Source: Marsupella aquatica
Taxonomy: Eukaryota; Plantae; Marchantiophyta
Direction of reading: 5' to 3'
NCBI GenBank assembly: GCA_973895155.1
Contig: OZ316891.1
Location: forward strand, 32,251,208-32,315,207
Length of the DNA: 64,000 nt
Position 1 is the first letter of the stretch. Each line of letters starts with the position of its first letter. Position numbers and translations under genes: made by a program. Shown here piece after piece: positions 62,268-64,000 of the stretch. The notes under the pieces are model-generated. The model worked only from the letters and a program-made list of their open reading frames with translations. It did no database searches and was not told the DNA's origin.

Positions 62268-63905
62268 TTGGTCACCACGGATTCTTCTGGTGCTGCTGGA
62301 TTACCCAATGGACGACGGACCAGTTTCACTCGGAGTGGGGCACAGTTTCGGCCAACGGCATTGGTAGCAGTCAATAGTGCAGCTTCAGACAGTGATTCTG
62401 ATGAGGACTCAGTGACCAGTTCTCCTCGTCATCAGGTGGTTGCACCTTTGTTGTGGGATATGGACGAGATGTACGGGGCTACAAAGGGCCCACGACGATA
62501 CTCTGGTGCAGTTGGCACAATTGATCTGGATGACTTCATCCAGGAGTTTGATACGTGGTGCGATATGCAGACATTGCATAACGCCACGTTGTTTACCCCT
62601 TTCATGGCATGGAAGGGATTATTTCAGCATTTGGAGGGGCCACCCATGGATGACTACCATGAGTTTCGGAAGGCTCATTTGGTTGAGATTGAGGCATGGA
62701 GGCAGCATTGGTCACCTAATTATGTGTCCATCACCTATGGCACTAGTGCGGCTGCCCAACCCATTGCCACAGCTGTTGCCTCTTCTAGCAGCACTAGCCA
62801 GAGTGGCACACCATCCACCAGCAGCACTCCAGCAGCATCCACCGCTACTCCTGCCGGTGTGATTGTGACAGGAACTGGAGTTGCGCCAGCATTTAATCCT
62901 GTGGTGGAATTCTTTGAGGTACTGAAGCAGAACTATCAGGGTGTGAGAACTGATAAGTTGAAGGGTCTCCAGGAGTTCCACCGCAAGACTGGAGAGAGTC
63001 TACGTGAGGCATACACTCGTATGCACAGATTGATCACTGTCACCAAGGGAGTGATAGAGGCTCAAGCAGTCCAGTTTTGGTATGCAATTTTGGATAGAGA
63101 ATTGCGACGTAGAGTGAGAGATGTCACTCTGCTTAGGGATGCAGATCCCACATTAGCAGTTGTTTTCACCCTTTCTGAGCGCATTGAGCTCAATATGGTG
63201 AATGAGAAGGTGGTGACTTCTGGATTTACCAAGGAAGCACCAAAGGCTGCATCTACATCCACACCACAGCCTACTGCATGGAAGAGCCAGAGGGAGAAGC
63301 CTACTGCACGAGAGTCTACCAGCCAGAGACCTGTGCCCTCTTATGCTGGACAGCAGTCAGGATGTTGCACCTGTGGTGGGGATCATGCACGGAGATATTG
63401 TCCAGATCATAGAGGATCAGGGGGAGCATCAGCGCCTGATCAGCGACAGTGTGATCACTGTGGAGCTCCTGGACACACCAAGGATAGGTGTTTCTCACTC
63501 CATCCTGAGTTACGGAGAGGAGGATCCCGTACACATGATCAGGGAAGAGGAGGAGGAGGTAGAGGGGGTGGACGTGGTCGTGGCATGCCACATGCAGGGA
63601 GACAGGGAGGTAACGCTGCCCCTGCTGTAACCATAGATCCAAAGGATGCTAAGATTGCTCAATTGGAGCAACAACTAGTTGCCATGGCTAGTTCCCAAGT
63701 GAGACCTACTTCTGGTGATGGGGCATCTACATCCTATGGACCTTCCACATCCCATGGTCCTTCCACATCTTATGGAGCTGATGGAGATCTTGCCACCATG
63801 GGATTCATGTCTGGCACTGCACATATTGATGCATCAGCAACTTTAACACGTGGGGTAGCCAAAGCTCTTGAGCCCCGAGGAGCAGTAGTGGAGCTAGATC
63901 CATAG
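62268..63905 (+). CDS. gag: Gag-like protein of another LTR retrotransposon
   Basis: RYSG..DLDDFIQEFDTWC, RKTGESLREAYTRM, knuckles CTCGGDHARRYC and CDHCGAPGHTKDRC, RGG-rich tract. The frame continues past the TAG to the window end. Confidence 0.8.
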   Translation: MVTTDSSGAAGLPNGRRTSFTRSGAQFRPTALVAVNSAASDSDSDEDSVTSSPRHQVVAPLLWDMDEMYGATKGPRRYSGAVGTIDLDDFIQEFDTWCDMQTLHNATLFTPFMAWKGLFQHLEGPPMDDYHEFRKAHLVEIEAWRQHWSPNYVSITYGTSAAAQPIATAVASSSSTSQSGTPSTSSTPAASTATPAGVIVTGTGVAPAFNPVVEFFEVLKQNYQGVRTDKLKGLQEFHRKTGESLREAYTRMHRLITVTKGVIEAQAVQFWYAILDRELRRRVRDVTLLRDADPTLAVVFTLSERIELNMVNEKVVTSGFTKEAPKAASTSTPQPTAWKSQREKPTARESTSQRPVPSYAGQQSGCCTCGGDHARRYCPDHRGSGGASAPDQRQCDHCGAPGHTKDRCFSLHPELRRGGSRTHDQGRGGGGRGGGRGRGMPHAGRQGGNAAPAVTIDPKDAKIAQLEQQLVAMASSQVRPTSGDGASTSYGPSTSHGPSTSYGADGDLATMGFMSGTAHIDASATLTRGVAKALEPRGAVVELDP

Positions 63906-64000
63906 AGGGGGGATGCACGTCAGACAAAGCTTCCTCAGTCTTTTACATTGTCAGAGACAGTTCACACTGCCTCTATGAACCCTGTTCGGACAAACCCTGA

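Overview
Eukaryotic, almost certainly plant (probably non-seed land plant) repeat-rich DNA with no intact host gene. 1-47.4 kb is a deep nest of non-chromovirus Ty3/Gypsy-type LTR retrotransposons. One decayed gag-PR-RT-RH-INT element (about 4853-40442) carries stacked insertions, and six solo LTRs have TG..CA ends and perfect 5-bp TSDs. The LTRs themselves are 1.8-5 kb and encode proteins. Three families carry a homologous 800-1100 aa ORF (PMD/plant-transposon-like core, Pro-rich linker, coiled coil; intact 882 aa at 44042-46690), and a fourth carries a conserved ~90 aa ORF. 48806-62026 is a complete 13.2-kb Sola-like DNA transposon (26-bp TIRs, AATG TSD) with an intact DDD transposase. It also has a divergently oriented, spliced but mutated cargo gene (ParB-like domain + beta-class N6A/N4C DNA-methyltransferase-like domain + FCP1/NIF HAD phosphatase-like domain). 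Two intronic arrays of a 25-bp palindrome and a perfect 45-bp hairpin lie between the two genes. Captured host fragments (F-box-like, RPL18a last exon) and further TE remnants are present. All domain calls are by eye from motifs; no database search was run.
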